Below, in pieces: positions 1-12,606 of a stretch of DNA of 55,746 nucleotides; within the stretch, counting starts at the first letter, position 1, and each line of letters begins with the position of its first letter. The translations under genes were made by a program, and so were the position numbers. Under the pieces are notes generated by a model, which had not been told where the DNA came from, did no database searches, and saw only the letters and a list, made by a program, of their open reading frames with translations. Source of the stretch: Octopus sinensis (lineage: Eukaryota). Location: the NCBI RefSeq assembly GCF_006345805.1, contig NW_021833716.1, forward strand, positions 1 to 55,746, given 5' to 3'.

Positions 1-332
1 TTATGGCCATAGGTGAAAACAAACACGGAAACAGATCGGAGATAGCGAGTTTGGATTTCTTTTTATCAACTATTCTTATTTGGAAGAACGAATGCTGCAA
101 TTGGCCCAGAACTGTGTCAATATCTACAATTCTAGCGTCCAATTCGTCTTACCATCTTTCATCGCTCGGGAATATGGACCCGAGATATCCTTTCATTTAT
201 CTCAACGATTAACTTCTAGGTTTCGAGAACATAAACACACCAACACCGTTTGTCAAGCGATTGTGAGGACAAACAGAGGTACACACACACAACCCACACA
301 CATACACACACATACATATATGTATATCTAAT

Positions 333-386
<54 letters not shown>

Positions 387-390
387 ATAT

Positions 391-439
<49 letters not shown>

Positions 440-442
440 CTT

Positions 443-597
443 ACGACGGGCTTCTTTCAGTTTCCGTCTACCAAATCTACTCACAAGGCTTTATTCGACC
501 CGAGGCCATAGTCGAAGACACTTTTTCAAGGTGCCGCGCAGTGGAACTGAACCCAGAACCACGTGGTTGGGAAGCAAGCTTATTACCACACATCCAC
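443..597 (-). mobile_element. tRNA-derived SINE family S2 (CORE-like), 5' half
   Basis: Reverse complement has a tRNA-like head (gtggtaataagcttgc...gggttcagttcc B box), a CORE-like ccttgaaaaagtgtctt and ...gtagacggaaactgaaagaagcccgtcg leading into (TA)n; matches copies at 22424-22835 and 54248-54712. Confidence 0.85.
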
Positions 598-1174
598 CGT
601 ACTTGTACCTTATTTTCGTACTCCCCTGTTTACACTGGTGTCCGCATGCTTAGCCACAGCATTCTTCAACCAAATTTCACAGTAGCTGAGGAAACGAAAG
701 ACAAAGGCGCCATCTACATCATAAAATGCAACAACGCAGCCTTCAAACTTCAGAACTGTTAAATCGCGTAGTTATTTTTATCGAACGCTAAACCACAATT
801 CTAATTCAAAAACTGGACAGAAGTGTAGTTGTCAACATTCAGCCATTTTTTCACCCAATGTATCAATACTTTTCTCTATTTATTCTATACTTTCGCCAGT
901 ATTTCTCTCACTGTCTCTCCCTCCCCATCTCTTCGTCTCTCTCCACCCCCCTCTCTTTCTCTCTCTCTCTCTCACTCTTTCCCTCTCTCAATTGCTCGCT
1001 CGTTCGCTCTAACTCCATATCTAATTGTTTTCCATGAAAACAGCGCTTCGCCATTATTCGTTAATTAAATGATTGGTTTTAAAGAGGAGAGAACGAAGCG
1101 AAAATATTGGCTGCAGTAGAAACCATACGATATTGTTTAAAAAGGAAAGTGGAAATCAAATTATATTGAAAAAC

Positions 1175-1233
<59 letters not shown>

Positions 1234-1842
1234 GAGGGAAGGTGAGAGTATGTTTGTGTATGTTGCCAACAGAATAAATACAAATGGCACGGCCGTTAGC
1301 TTAATTAGGAATCAGCTTTCTGTTTAGAGAAAATTACTCCATCTAGAATGAATCGTAATGAAACGAAAATGTGTTTTAATTTCTACCTATTAGTTAGATG
1401 TCATAACCTGAACGCCATATTGTAGGTTTGAAATCATTCCAAACTCATTCATTAGCAGCGGATGGTTGCGCGCAAAATTATTAAATAATTTATATCTACA
1501 ATAACATTGTATAGAACACGTTAATATAATAGAGAATGTGCTGGAACATTTTCTTACACCTACCTAATTAATTGCTGTAGAAATGTTTTTCAATCTCGTT
1601 TAAACTGCGATCGCTGTATTCATGAGCTTTCTGCTAAAACTGGCAATTACATAACGGAACGTGTTTGAAAGTGCATCAAAGCTTTTTCTGCCTCGACGTT
1701 CGCACAAGCACACCGAAAATAGCAGGTAGGAACAATGGAAAGGGCAAAACCATCATCAATACCATCACCACTACCACCACCAACACCACCACCACCACCA
1801 CCACCACCATCACCATCATCATCACCACCGCCATCATAGAAG

Positions 1843-2053
1843 GGCGGCAAGCTGAAAGAATAGTTCTCACGCCGGACAAAATGCTCAGCGGTATTTCGTC
1901 CGAATTTACTGAGTTTGAATTCCGCCATGACATCGCATTTTTTTTCTTTTGGAGATCGATAGAATAAGTTACCCGTTAAGCGCTTGTGTCGATGTAATCG
2001 ACTAAACCCTAGCTCCAAAAAATATCAGTCCTTGTGCCTAGAGGAGAAAGAAT
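1843..2053 (+). mobile_element. Degenerate tRNA-derived SINE family S1 ending in (ATT)n
   Basis: ggcggcaagctg...gagtttgaattcc...gtcgatgtaatcgac...ccttgtgcctaga aligns by eye to the S1 copy at 18480-18673. Confidence 0.7.
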
Positions 2054-2064
2054 TATTATTATTA

Positions 2065-2129
<65 letters not shown>

Positions 2130-2945
2130 GCTATCCATTGTGTGCATGAATGTTTTACATTCGGAATCAATGTCCTTGAATCCGAGTCGCGACCAGTTTT
2201 CCTAGTTATCAAGGACCTTTCTTCAGAATCCTTGCTGTTTCCAATAGAACAGATTTCTAAATTAGTGCGACTTTTGTAGTTACACCAATCTCAATAAGGG
2301 AGCTGTTACCTCTTTTAGTGGCACCTGTCCAGGAAACCGATAACAACAGTGATTATGTTTGTAGAAACCACCCACAGTCATCGTATTTCCCTAGCCAAAT
2401 TCTAGTATTTTCCCTTTTTCTCCCGTTCTTTGACCGCTACATTTACGAGTTTGTCTGCAAATACAGCCACATCTATGATGGTGCAGCCGTTGTCAAGAAC
2501 CATAATGTCTGGTCACCTGACATGAATTTCGCGATTAGTCTGTACATTAAAATACCATATAATCTTGTATTGGTCGTTCTCTGTTACACTTTCTGGTTGG
2601 AGTTCGTACCATTTTCTTCCTTCATGAAATCCTCATTACCGTAATATTTCCCAATGTAGTGCCTTGGCCATACAATCATGCCTGCGTCTATATTCCTTCT
2701 TCGGCAAAAGATTACAGGAACTTATGTGCTCAATGGATTCACCTTTCTCATTACATACTCTGCACTTCGCATTTTTCACGGTTTTGCCTGTTTTGGTCTT
2801 AATGATATTCGTCCGCAATGAATGGCATTGAGAGACCTTTTTGATTCCTTCTGTTTCTTTCTGAGGGTCTCCGTTTTTCAGCCATAACCAAGACTCTTCC
2901 ACTGCGGCGTCCTGCGTTTACCTGAGATGCTGACCGTGTAGTAAA
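2053..2945 (-). mobile_element. 3' fragment of an R4/Dong-clade non-LTR retrotransposon (zinc knuckle + restriction-like endonuclease), pseudogenised, with (AAT)n end
   Basis: Minus-strand translation LLHGQHLR..SWLWLKNGD..KCRVCNEKGESIEHISSC..YRRRHD..LHWEIL..KWYELQPESVTEND..KIIWYFNVQTN..PDIMVLD..IIDVAV..KEREKKGKY..KSVLLETARILKKVL, with internal stops. CCHC knuckle, RHD and PD..D..K motifs are present, then a short 3' UTR and (AAT)n. Confidence 0.9.
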
Positions 2946-3042
2946 TCATTATCAACTATTTGGATTGGTGGGTAGATCAGGCAACATTCCTTTTCTTGGT
3001 GATCATTGACAACAACCAAGAAAAGAAATGCTTCCTACACCA

Positions 3043-3240
3043 TAGCTGGTAGAATCGTTAGTGTGTCGAACAAAATGCTTGGCGATAATTTTCCTGGCCC
3101 ATTACGTTCTGAGCTTGTATCACACAATGGTTAATTTGCGTTTCATTCTTGCAGGGGGTTAATAAAATAAAGTACCAGTTCAATGTAATCAACTACCACC
3201 GCCCAGCTAAAACTGCTAGCCCTGTGCCAAAATGTGAAGC
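3043..3240 (+). mobile_element. Degenerate S1 SINE
   Basis: agctggtagaatcgttag...aaaatgctt...tacgttctgag...taaagtaccagtt...ccctgtgccaaa. Confidence 0.6.
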
Positions 3241-3574
3241 CTAGAGATGGTCCGGTACCTCCTTTAAACCGGATGAATTACGAGTATGAATTTGAAATTC
3301 CAAAAGCGTATGATCAAGTTTTCTTGCGCGATCACAGGTGGCGTTGTGTGTACCGTGTGTTTACAGGCATCATTTTCTCTTAACTTGTTAGTGGCAATAC
3401 CAACATTTTGAAAGTTCCTCTACTTGTTTAGCTTTAGGATACTCTAAAGCTATGACTAATACACCTAAAAGAATTCGTTCCTAAGGTCAAGCGATGATGC
3501 CTCTACGATTTACATATTGCTGAATGGGGCTGTGGTGAGCATTCCCGCGTATCTCTGTCGATACTGTGGCTGCT

Positions 3575-3775
3575 GTCGTTATTAGAACGTCGGACAAAAT
3601 GTTTAGCCGCATTTCTTCCGACTCATCGCGTCCTGAGTTCGAATTCAGTCGCAGCTCAATTTACCTTTCATAGTCTCAGGGTCGATAAAATAAATGCAAG
3701 TTCAATACCGGGGTCGATATAATCGTCTTCCCCTCACTTCAAAATCGAGGCCTTTGTGCTTAAATTCGAAAGAAT
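3575..3775 (+). mobile_element. Degenerate S1 SINE
   Basis: cggacaaaatgtttagccgcattt...gagttcgaattc...cctttcat...ggggtcgataaa...ggggtcgatataatcg. Confidence 0.65.
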
Positions 3776-4573
3776 TTCTGTTGATATCATAATTGTCACT
3801 GCTCTTTAACTATTGTTGTTATTGTTGATGCTGTTGTTGATGGTTGCTTAACCCGTTACTTGATTTGTACTTCATTTATCGAGTCCCGAAATAATAATAA
3901 ACATCACCGTTGACCTCGTCGAGATTCGAACTCAGGGAGCAGAGCAATTCATCTTTTATCACTCTGACGTTTTTTCTTAAAAGTCTGTTTGTTTCTCCAA
4001 ATGAAAAACAACATGGCTAATTCCAAACGTGATCCCTCGTGGTTTACGCGAGATCTGAGTTTTTCTTAATTATATCGTCAATATCGGCCCAAAGCGACTC
4101 GTTTTCAAGTCACCTTTTTGTCCAGTGGGAGATGTAGTATCTAAACATTATTGACGCTTTTCTGTTTGTTTTCTTGTTTTCTTGGTATTTTCTTGTTTTT
4201 CCCCCTATTTTTTCTCGTCCTCCTCCACATTGTGAGCCAAGCGTAAACGCATGCGTATGCTTCGTGAAGATGTATTTTCGGTTTCGTAGTTGTCTCACTG
4301 GTGTTTGAGTTGTCACCGCTATAGTGACTGTTACCATGGCGAAGCTCCTACTGTGTAGCTCCAATAGTTTCCTTTGTCGCTTTTTTTTTGCACAATGGTG
4401 GTGGTAGGAGGAGGTAGGAACATATGTTCCAGTGACGGTGACAGGTTTTCTACGGAACTCGTGTGTCGGTGCTATTGTAATTCTTGTTGCCGTTCTTATC
4501 ACAAATGTCTGCATATAATCCTCATATTTGGTCTTAAAATTACCATTACTGATCGCATTATAAGATATATATA

Positions 4574-4712
4574 TGTTTCTTTATTGCCCACAAGGGGCTA
4601 AACACAGAGGGGACAAACAAGGACAGACAGAGGGATTAAGTCGATTACATCGACCCCAGTGCGTAATTAGTACTTTATTTATCGATCCCGAAAGGATGAA
4701 AGGTAAAGTCGA
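4574..4712 (-). mobile_element. S1 SINE 3' fragment (long-tail subfamily)
   Basis: tttctttattgcccacaaggggctaaacacagaggggacaaacaagg...atcgatcccgaaaggatgaaagg; near-identical to 17643-17770. Confidence 0.85.
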
Positions 4713-4813
4713 GTAAAATTTTCGAAAAAATTTTATCGATGGACAACATATAAAAAAATACCTATAAAGGTTAAATTAAGTTGTTTTATATATATATATA
4801 TATATATATATTA

Positions 4814-5210
<397 letters not shown>

Positions 5211-5648
5211 GAACAGATGTATAAAAGTTTATGTAAATAATATGTCTGACATATTATTTGCATAAACACTCTATCATAAAGTTTATATACCACCAACCAT
5301 TTATGAGGGCTCATAAACATTCTTTCTAATTAAAAAAAAAGCCGAAATGCTTATTAACAGTCAAATATAAATTTCAGTCTCCTGTATTTAAAAATTCCGC
5401 ACTTCCTTATTGCTTCTTACTCCTTATATGGAGTATATAGTTAGCTCATTTACACGAACCGATAGAGAGACCGTTACCTATTTTTCAATGTTGTATACAT
5501 CATCACCAAACCGGTCCACTTGAGTCGTATTTTAAATAGACATGGATCCTAGAACAATGACACATTAAAAAATTACTAACACGATATCCATGTAATTCTT
5601 AAGACCATCTGTTTCTTTATTATGTTCTTATTTTTTCTTATTCTTCTA

Positions 5649-5718
5649 CTGATGAGTACTCGTTGACCTCTCAGACTCTCAAAATGAATTTATTGTCTTT
5701 CTGTACGAAACGATCGTC
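5649..5718 (+). ncRNA. Degenerate minimal hammerhead motif
   Basis: CUGAUGA-GUAC...GUAC-GAAA-CGAUCG-UC with palindrome ACGAUCGU; stem I no longer pairs. Confidence 0.5.
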
Positions 5719-6529
5719 TGCCCCATTGAATAAATATTTTATCTCATACTAACATCTAATCTCCTCCATTTATGAAAAATATGATTGAATTTGTCGAACT
5801 TATTAACCACACAGCCAGATATATTTATACTGTAGCACACACACACACATACACACACATTCACACATACACACACACACATTCACACATACACACATTC
5901 ATTCACACATTCACACACACATACGCACACACAAACATACACATACTCATTCTCACACACAAATTCCCACACACATTCCCACACACACACAAACATACTC
6001 ACACAAACACACAAACACACACACACATACACACAGACACACACGCACACACACACTCACACACACACAAACATACTCACACAAACACACAAGCACACAC
6101 ACACATACACACAGACACACACGCACGCACACACTCACACACACACAAACATACTCACACAAACACACACACACACATACACACACACACACACAGACGA
6201 GTGCCCTTACAAACACTGCTCGATCGTTGACGCTTATTTACCGACACTTTCTGATCTACGTTCACTGACTCTCGGGTACGAGTGTGCGGGTATGTGTGCA
6301 CAATTATATACACATGTATGCGCAAATATAAACACCCATACACACATGCTGTCAATCACAAAAGCATGTAACCCTATCCACAATTGAAGACGCGTGATTC
6401 ATTCGGCCAATGTCAATAAGAAGATGGCTCTCATTACTAATAGCGTCCCCAATTAACATTATTGACTTATTCGACCAATTATTATTATCAGATATCGATA
6501 GGGGCTCCGCCACTACTTTCACTAGCGCC

Positions 6530-7600
6530 GCCATCACCACCGGCACAACCATCACCACCACCACCACCACCACCACCACTACCACCACCACCACCACCAA
6601 CCACCACCACCACCACCACCACCACCACCACCACCACCACCACCACCACCACCACCACCACCACCACCACCACCACCACCACCACCACCAACCACCACCA
6701 CCACTACCATCCCCACCACCACTACCATCACCACCACTACCATCACAACCACCACCACCACCACCATCACAACCACCACCACCACCACCACCACCACCAC
6801 CACCATCACCACCACTACCATCACAACCACCACCACCACCACCACACCACCACACCACCACCATCACAACCACCACCACCACCACCACCGCCACAACCAC
6901 CACCACCACCACCACCACCACCGCCACAACCACCACCACCACCACCACCACCACCGCCACAACCACCACCACCACCACTACCACCAGTATTACAACTATC
7001 ACCCTAACCGTAACAAACACCTCTACCACTACTTTCACTTCAATCATCACCTTAACCACCACAACCACGAGCGATGCTAATATTACCACCGTTACTACTA
7101 TCTCTGCAACCACCACCGTCCGTCATTACCACTACCACCATTACAACCACCGTCACCACAATCGCCACAATAATGATGGACGCCACCGTCATTATTACCA
7201 CTACCACCACCACCATCACCGTTAACGCAATCACCACCACCACCAACCACCACCACCACCACATCCACCCCGCCAAAATAACCTGACCGCTGCACTACCA
7301 TCATATTACCTTAAACATCGCTACCGTCATCACCACTACTACCACCACAACCACCATCACTATCACAAACAGCAGTACCACCACCACCACCACCACTACG
7401 ACCACCACAGCCATCATCAGCACCATCACCACCACCACCACCACCGTCACCACCACCACCACCACCACCACCACCACCAACACTATCACCGACACTACCA
7501 CCACCACCACCAGCAACACCACTATCCCCGGCACCACCACCACCACCAACGTCCACCACCACCACCACCCTACCACCGCCACCGCCGCCGCCGCCGCTAC
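6530..7600. repeat. Large compound (CAC/CCA)n low-complexity tract
   Basis: Directly visible; it produces poly-H/T/P/V/G/W ORFs in all frames. Confidence 0.95.
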
Positions 7601-7916
7601 CATCCAGTGTCAACATGGAGTGACAAGAAGGTTAAGCAGCAATCAAGCCGTGCTGTAAGCCAACACCAAAACGTTCCGACTCCGCTGGTCTCATGTCTCA
7701 TGTAACCTGCCGTAATTAACATTCTGTGGACATAAGTGCAGGTCATACGCTCTACCGACTCCCACACCTGTCACCACTACTAATGCTGCCACACCTTTTT
7801 AGCACAACTGCTGCTGCTGCTACTACTACCACCAACACGAAGCGCTGTCACATCACCAGTAGCTTTCATTATCTATCTATCTATCTATCTATCTGTCCGT
7901 CTGTCTGTCTGTCTGC

Positions 7917-8025
<109 letters not shown>

Positions 8026-8085
8026 AATCTATCTATCTAGGGATAAACCTAATCCGTTTTTTTATATTTTTGATATTTTCTGTGA

Positions 8086-8232
8086 TACACGATCCCTATT
8101 GATCGCTTCTTATTTGATCGGAAACTTATTTTCTCGTCCTTTTTTCCTATTTTCTTCTTTTTCTTTCAAAAGGAAAGGCTCTACATTGTATTTTATCCCC
8201 TCAGTGTTCGGCCCTGTGTGGCTAATAAAGAA
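8086..8232 (+). mobile_element. Putative LINE 3' UTR fragment followed by (TCTA)n
   Basis: tacacgatccctattgatcg...gccctgtgtggctaataaagaa; second copy at 29381-29553 has the same ends and the same (TCTA)n tail. Confidence 0.6.
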
Positions 8233-8243
8233 GTCTATCCTCG

Positions 8244-8292
<49 letters not shown>

Positions 8293-8775
8293 GATATGTC
8301 TGTCTGTATGTCTGTCTATATATCTATCTGTTTATATACTTATCTCTCTCTCTATTTCTATCTATCTGTCTATCTGTTTATATACTTATCTCTATCCATC
8401 TGTCAGTCTGTCTATCTATCTATTTATAGACTTATCTCTCTCTATCTCTCTCTATCTATCTGTCTGTCCGTCTATCCTTTGATCTACTTATGTTATATGT
8501 GATTCAGTACGGTATAGGTGTCACGAAGCTATACAAATACAAAAAAATCCATATAATTTCCGTAATTCTTTTGTCAAATATTAATTTTGAAATATTTCTC
8601 AATTCTTCAGTTAAATATGATTTTCGTATCTTTGTCTCAAGAATAATGAATATAATATTCCACACACGCTTTTCCTTCATTTATAACCTTTGTAACTCCT
8701 ATCCTGTAACGAAACAAGTGTAACGTGAACTTAAAAATATACCAATTTTTTCCTAGTCTTCTGTTTTGATATGTA

Positions 8776-9093
8776 CAGTGGCGGACTGTCCAGGTTGGCA
8801 GGTTGCTAGCTTGCCCGTTGGCAAGTGGGTCCCTGCGCCACTAGAATCCATATATGGGGGCCTATATTACTATCTAAGAGGCCTATCCCCTCAAGTTTGA
8901 GAATTAAACAAAATTATTCCTGGAAGAATGCCTTATTTCAGCCTGGCTATGTTTGTAGACAGTTGAATAGAATACTTTTAACAAAAATTAAAAAAATATA
9001 ATAATAATAAATAAATAAATGGTAGCATTGTAGCTGTGGGTGGGCCCCCTTAGTCTCCTGGCAACCAATATTTTTAGACCCTGTCCGCCACTT
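8776..9093. mobile_element. Non-autonomous DNA transposon (MITE) with hAT-like CAGTGGCGGAC termini
   Basis: TIR cagtggcggac at 8776 and gtccgccact at 9083-9092; internal gggcc/ggccc motifs; TSD not clean. Confidence 0.6.
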
Positions 9094-9304
9094 GTACTTA
9101 CTCTGCAAATAGAATTCACAAGAAATTCCAATTATTTCGGATATTTTATCTGAAATTAAACGCCTATCCACATAGATTTGATTAATGTGAACATGCCGAT
9201 GTGCTTCAAGAGGACACAACTTAGATTGAAGCTCGCTCTATATACTATGCGTATAGTACTATGTTCTATGTGTATATACGATGTATACCCTTCTGTCTGG
9301 CAGT

Positions 9305-9510
9305 CGCCATGATAGATCGTTAACCACTACACACATTTTTTCTCTCCTTGTTTCTCTCCTTGTTTTTTTTTTCTGTGTCCCTTTCTGTAGAAGAGCATAG
9401 GCTCGAAACGTAAAAGACTTTTTCTATTCCTGAGTGTTATACTAATACATCTGTTTGTTTTGTACACCACCTGTCTTCGTCTTTTGTCTTTTTTCGTAAA
9501 CTCTCCCTAT
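9305..9510 (+). mobile_element. HHR-bearing short repeat family A (Penelope pLTR-like), ending at (TA)n
   Basis: gatagatcg...gaagagcataggctcgaaacgtaaaagact...taatacatctgtttg...gtaaactctc; homologs at 23120-23308 and 38890-39078. Confidence 0.7.
9381..9416 (+). ncRNA. Minimal hammerhead variant (CUGUAGA core)
   Basis: Stem I CUUU/AAAG; CUGUAGA-A; stem II GAGC(AUAG)GCUC; GAAA-CG-UA with ACGU palindrome. Confidence 0.5.
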
Positions 9511-9959
9511 ATATACATATATATATATATATGTATGTATATATAATATATGGAGTGAGCAATGCAATAAAACGAATTGCTCACGCTATTCTTGTAGATA
9601 ATTACATAACCTCTACGGTGGTTTACGAATTTTCTCATATATCATCAGTAAAACTATATAATTCCTTTTTTTGTAATTATATCTGATAGCCGGTACTTGT
9701 GGACGGGCTTAATAAAACAAACTCCAAATTTAAAGCCGAAATTTTTATGTGTGTGTGTGTGTGTGTATTCTCCTCATTATATCGCTGTTGTTACTGTTGT
9801 TACAAATTTCTTTTATTTCTAGTTAAAAATCATATTCTGTAAGTACAAGAAGATCTTCCTTCAATCAGATATGTTTCGCTCGTTTTCCTATTTCTCGTCA
9901 AGTGATTACAAACACACTTCTCATTTCTACACAAGGAATACAACCTTTGCTCTCAATCC

Positions 9960-10635
9960 GGTCCTTTATCGTCGTGTAATGTTGGATATCGTCTACACTT
10001 CACTTTTATATGGCGTAGAAAGAGAAATAACATTGACGCAAGCTCTGACAAGCCAGAAGCTTTTGAAAGGTGGCCATATCAGAGGAATGTTAAGAATATC
10101 TTGGATAAAAGATAAAACTATTGAAGAAGTGCTGCTACAACTAAAAAATACAAAAGAGATCATTGCTCTTGACTACCCACAAGGGGCTAAACACAGAGGG
10201 GACAGACAAACGGATTAAGACGATTATATCGACCCCAGTGTGTAACTGGTACTTAATTTATCGACCCCGAAAGGATGAAAGGCAAAGTCGCCCTCGGCGA
10301 AATTTGAACTCAGAACGTAACGGCAGACGAAATACCGCTTAGCATTTCGCCCGGCGTGCTAACGTTTCTGCCAGCTCGCCGCCTTCTTGACTATTAAATA
10401 TAAAGGGAAGATAACGTCCTTTAGTGACATAGTAAGAACAAAAGATACAGAAAGATTATTGCTAGAAGGAAAGTCAAAAGACAAGCTCTAGAAAGGAAGA
10501 CCTAGGACGAATCGGTTTGATACATCAACGACTGTACCAAACTTTCATACGGTGAAAGTGTACGCATAACAGAGAAGAGAACTGAATGAAGATCCTTGAT
10601 ATCGAACCTGCAGAGAGCAGACGACATCTGATGAA
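9960..10635 (+). mobile_element. RTE-clade LINE C-terminal fragment interrupted by an S1 SINE
   Basis: LLYGVE..GMLRISWIKDKTIEEVL before the SINE, and ERLLLEGKSKDKL*KGRPRT after it. These are typical RTE C-terminal motifs (LLYG.E, ISW, EG..GRPR). Confidence 0.75.
10176..10384 (-). mobile_element. Young full-length S1 SINE with 9-bp TSD
   Basis: A-box region ggcggcgagctggcagaa and B box gagttcaaattt on the minus strand; TSD tcttgacta at 10167-10175 and 10385-10393. Confidence 0.9.
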
Positions 10636-11153
10636 AGTAATGGTTCAGTCAGAATAAGGATCGGAAGTGATTCAAAACGATACGAGTGTAATTATGTGTG
10701 GTTGTTTCGCTGTTTTTGTTTCGTTAGGCATAACCTAGACCCCTAATCTAACAGACCAACGATTCGAAGGTATTCCTATGCAGAACATTCTGTCTTACGT
10801 GTATTCTAGGAATAGATTTTATCGTGGGTGAGTAGATGGGTCTCCCCATTTCTTAAAGATGATAAGGAGTGATTTGAGCGAAGTCTTGGCTTTTGTTGGT
10901 GGTTGGATAAAAGCGTAGGGGCTTCCAAGTTTACCCGAGTGGATTTAGGGCAATAAAAGGGATTTCAGTAGAGTTTATGTGTACATAATGAATGCAGTAG
11001 CAAAAAGTAATTTTATGTACACAGAGAGAATTGCAGCTGCAAGGCGTGGGGTTCTGTACTCAAAGAGAATTCTACAGGGTGTCCACAAAGTCTGGGTACT
11101 TGGGGATTAACACATACTTTAAGAAATTATTATTCCTTATATTTAATTCTTTA

Positions 11154-11315
11154 CAACAACTGCAGCATAGAAGGTGTTTATAAGCCATTTAAGAAACACA
11201 CAAAAACCGTTAGGTTCACTTCAACATTTAAGTTTAATTTGCCAAAATATTTTCGTCGCTTTGAGACTGCAACCTGTTCACTGACAAAGCTTCGTGCTAT
11301 GCATGTACATCTCCG
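11154..11315 (-). mobile_element. Second copy of the G3/C8 hammerhead repeat, inserted in the MITE with a 14-bp TSD
   Basis: TSD tatttaattcttta at 11140-11153 and 11316-11329; HHR-like motif at 11238-11288 on the minus strand. Confidence 0.75.
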
Positions 11316-12034
11316 TATTTAATTCTTTATATTATGATTTTATTTGCTCCATGTACCCACATGGGGATTAACACATACTTTAAGAAATTATTATTTCTTA
11401 TATTTAATTCTTTATATTATGATTTTATTTGCTCCATGTACCCACATGGGGATTAACACATACTTTAAGAAATTATTATTTCTTATATTTAATTCTTTAT
11501 ATTATGATTTTATTTGCTCCATGTACCCACATGGGGATTAACACATACTTTAAGAAATTATTATTTCTTATATTTAATTCTTTATATTATGATTTTATTT
11601 ACTCCATGTACCCACATGGGGATTAACACATACTTTAAGAAATTATTATTTCTTATATTTAATTCTTTATATTATGATTTTATTTGCTCCATGTACCCAC
11701 ATGGGGATTAACACATACTTTAAGAATTATTATTTCTTATATTAATTCTTTATATTATGATTTTATTTACTCTATGTACCCACATGGGGATTAACACATA
11801 CTTTAAGAAATTATTATTTCTTATATTTAATTCTTTATATTATGATTTTATTTACTCCATGTACCCACATGGGGATTAACACATACTTTAAGAAATTATT
11901 ATTTCTTATATTTAATTCTTTATATTATGATTTTATTTACTCCATGTACCCACATGGGGATTAACACATACTTTAAGAAATTATTATTTCTTATATTTAA
12001 TTCTTTATATTATGATTTTATTTGCTCCATGTAC
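11316..12034. repeat. 85-bp tandem repeat, about 8 near-identical units
   Basis: Unit ccacatggggattaacacatactttaagaaattattatttcttatatttaattctttatattatgattttatttgctccatgtac; repeated ORFs at 11344, 11429 and 11514 confirm the 85-bp period. Confidence 0.95.
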
Positions 12035-12606
12035 CCAGACTTTGTGGACACCCTGTATGAGCGATGAATGGTACGGTGCACACAGAAAACGTCGCTGCAG
12101 TAGAAAGTGGTCTTAAGTGCACAAAAACAAGTACAGAATTGCAACAGTAAAATTTTGATTTGTGCATATAGAGAATTGCAGAAATTAAGAGTGAGTATAT
12201 TTGCAAATTTATAGGATTGCAGCTGAAATTAGAGGTTGCATGCATATGCAAAACTGCAGCTGCAAAGAGGGGTTATGTAAGTGTATGTAAGACTGCAGCT
12301 GCAAAGAAAAGGTAAACACGCACTGAGACAATTAAAGCCATAAAGAATAAATAAATGTGTATATTTATGCAACTTCAGCAGTAAAGAGTGGGTATGCATG
12401 CACATTTAAGAATCGCAAAGGGTGGTTATGTGTGCATTTTGGGGTTTATAAGTGGGGAAAACGGGGTGTGAGTGCACATATGGAAATATAGCTGCAAAAC
12501 GGCGTGTTAGCGTGTGCAGACAGAAAATTGCAGGTGCAAAACGTGTGTCTGTATGCATATATGCAATAGAAGCTGCAAATATTGAGTTACTGTGCAAAAA
12601 TAAGTG

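Larger units (their letters stand above)
11075..12055. mobile_element. Tc1/mariner-type MITE with an internally amplified 85-bp tandem array
   Basis: Perfect 25-bp TIRs CAGGGTGTCCACAAAGTCTGGGTAC (11075-11099) and its reverse complement (12031-12055); TA at 11073-74 and 12056-57. Confidence 0.9.
10960..12600. repeat. Old degenerate ~40-bp minisatellite (gagaattgcagctgcaaag..gggttatgtg) hosting the MITE
   Basis: Recurrent ttgcagctgcaaa and gtgcaca motifs on both sides of 11075-12055. Confidence 0.55.

Noticed and set aside
4110-4514. 134-aa non-repetitive minus-strand ORF
   Set aside because: No recognisable domain or splice signals, and it includes homopolymer-derived segments.
6352-7616. 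Long poly-T/H/P/V/G ORFs (mucin- or extensin-like)
   Set aside because: Open in several frames on both strands simply because (CAC)n has no stop codons.
11316-12034. 85-bp array as a CRISPR array or repeated peptide gene
   Set aside because: Units are essentially identical with no unique spacers, the context is eukaryotic, and the array lies inside MITE TIRs.
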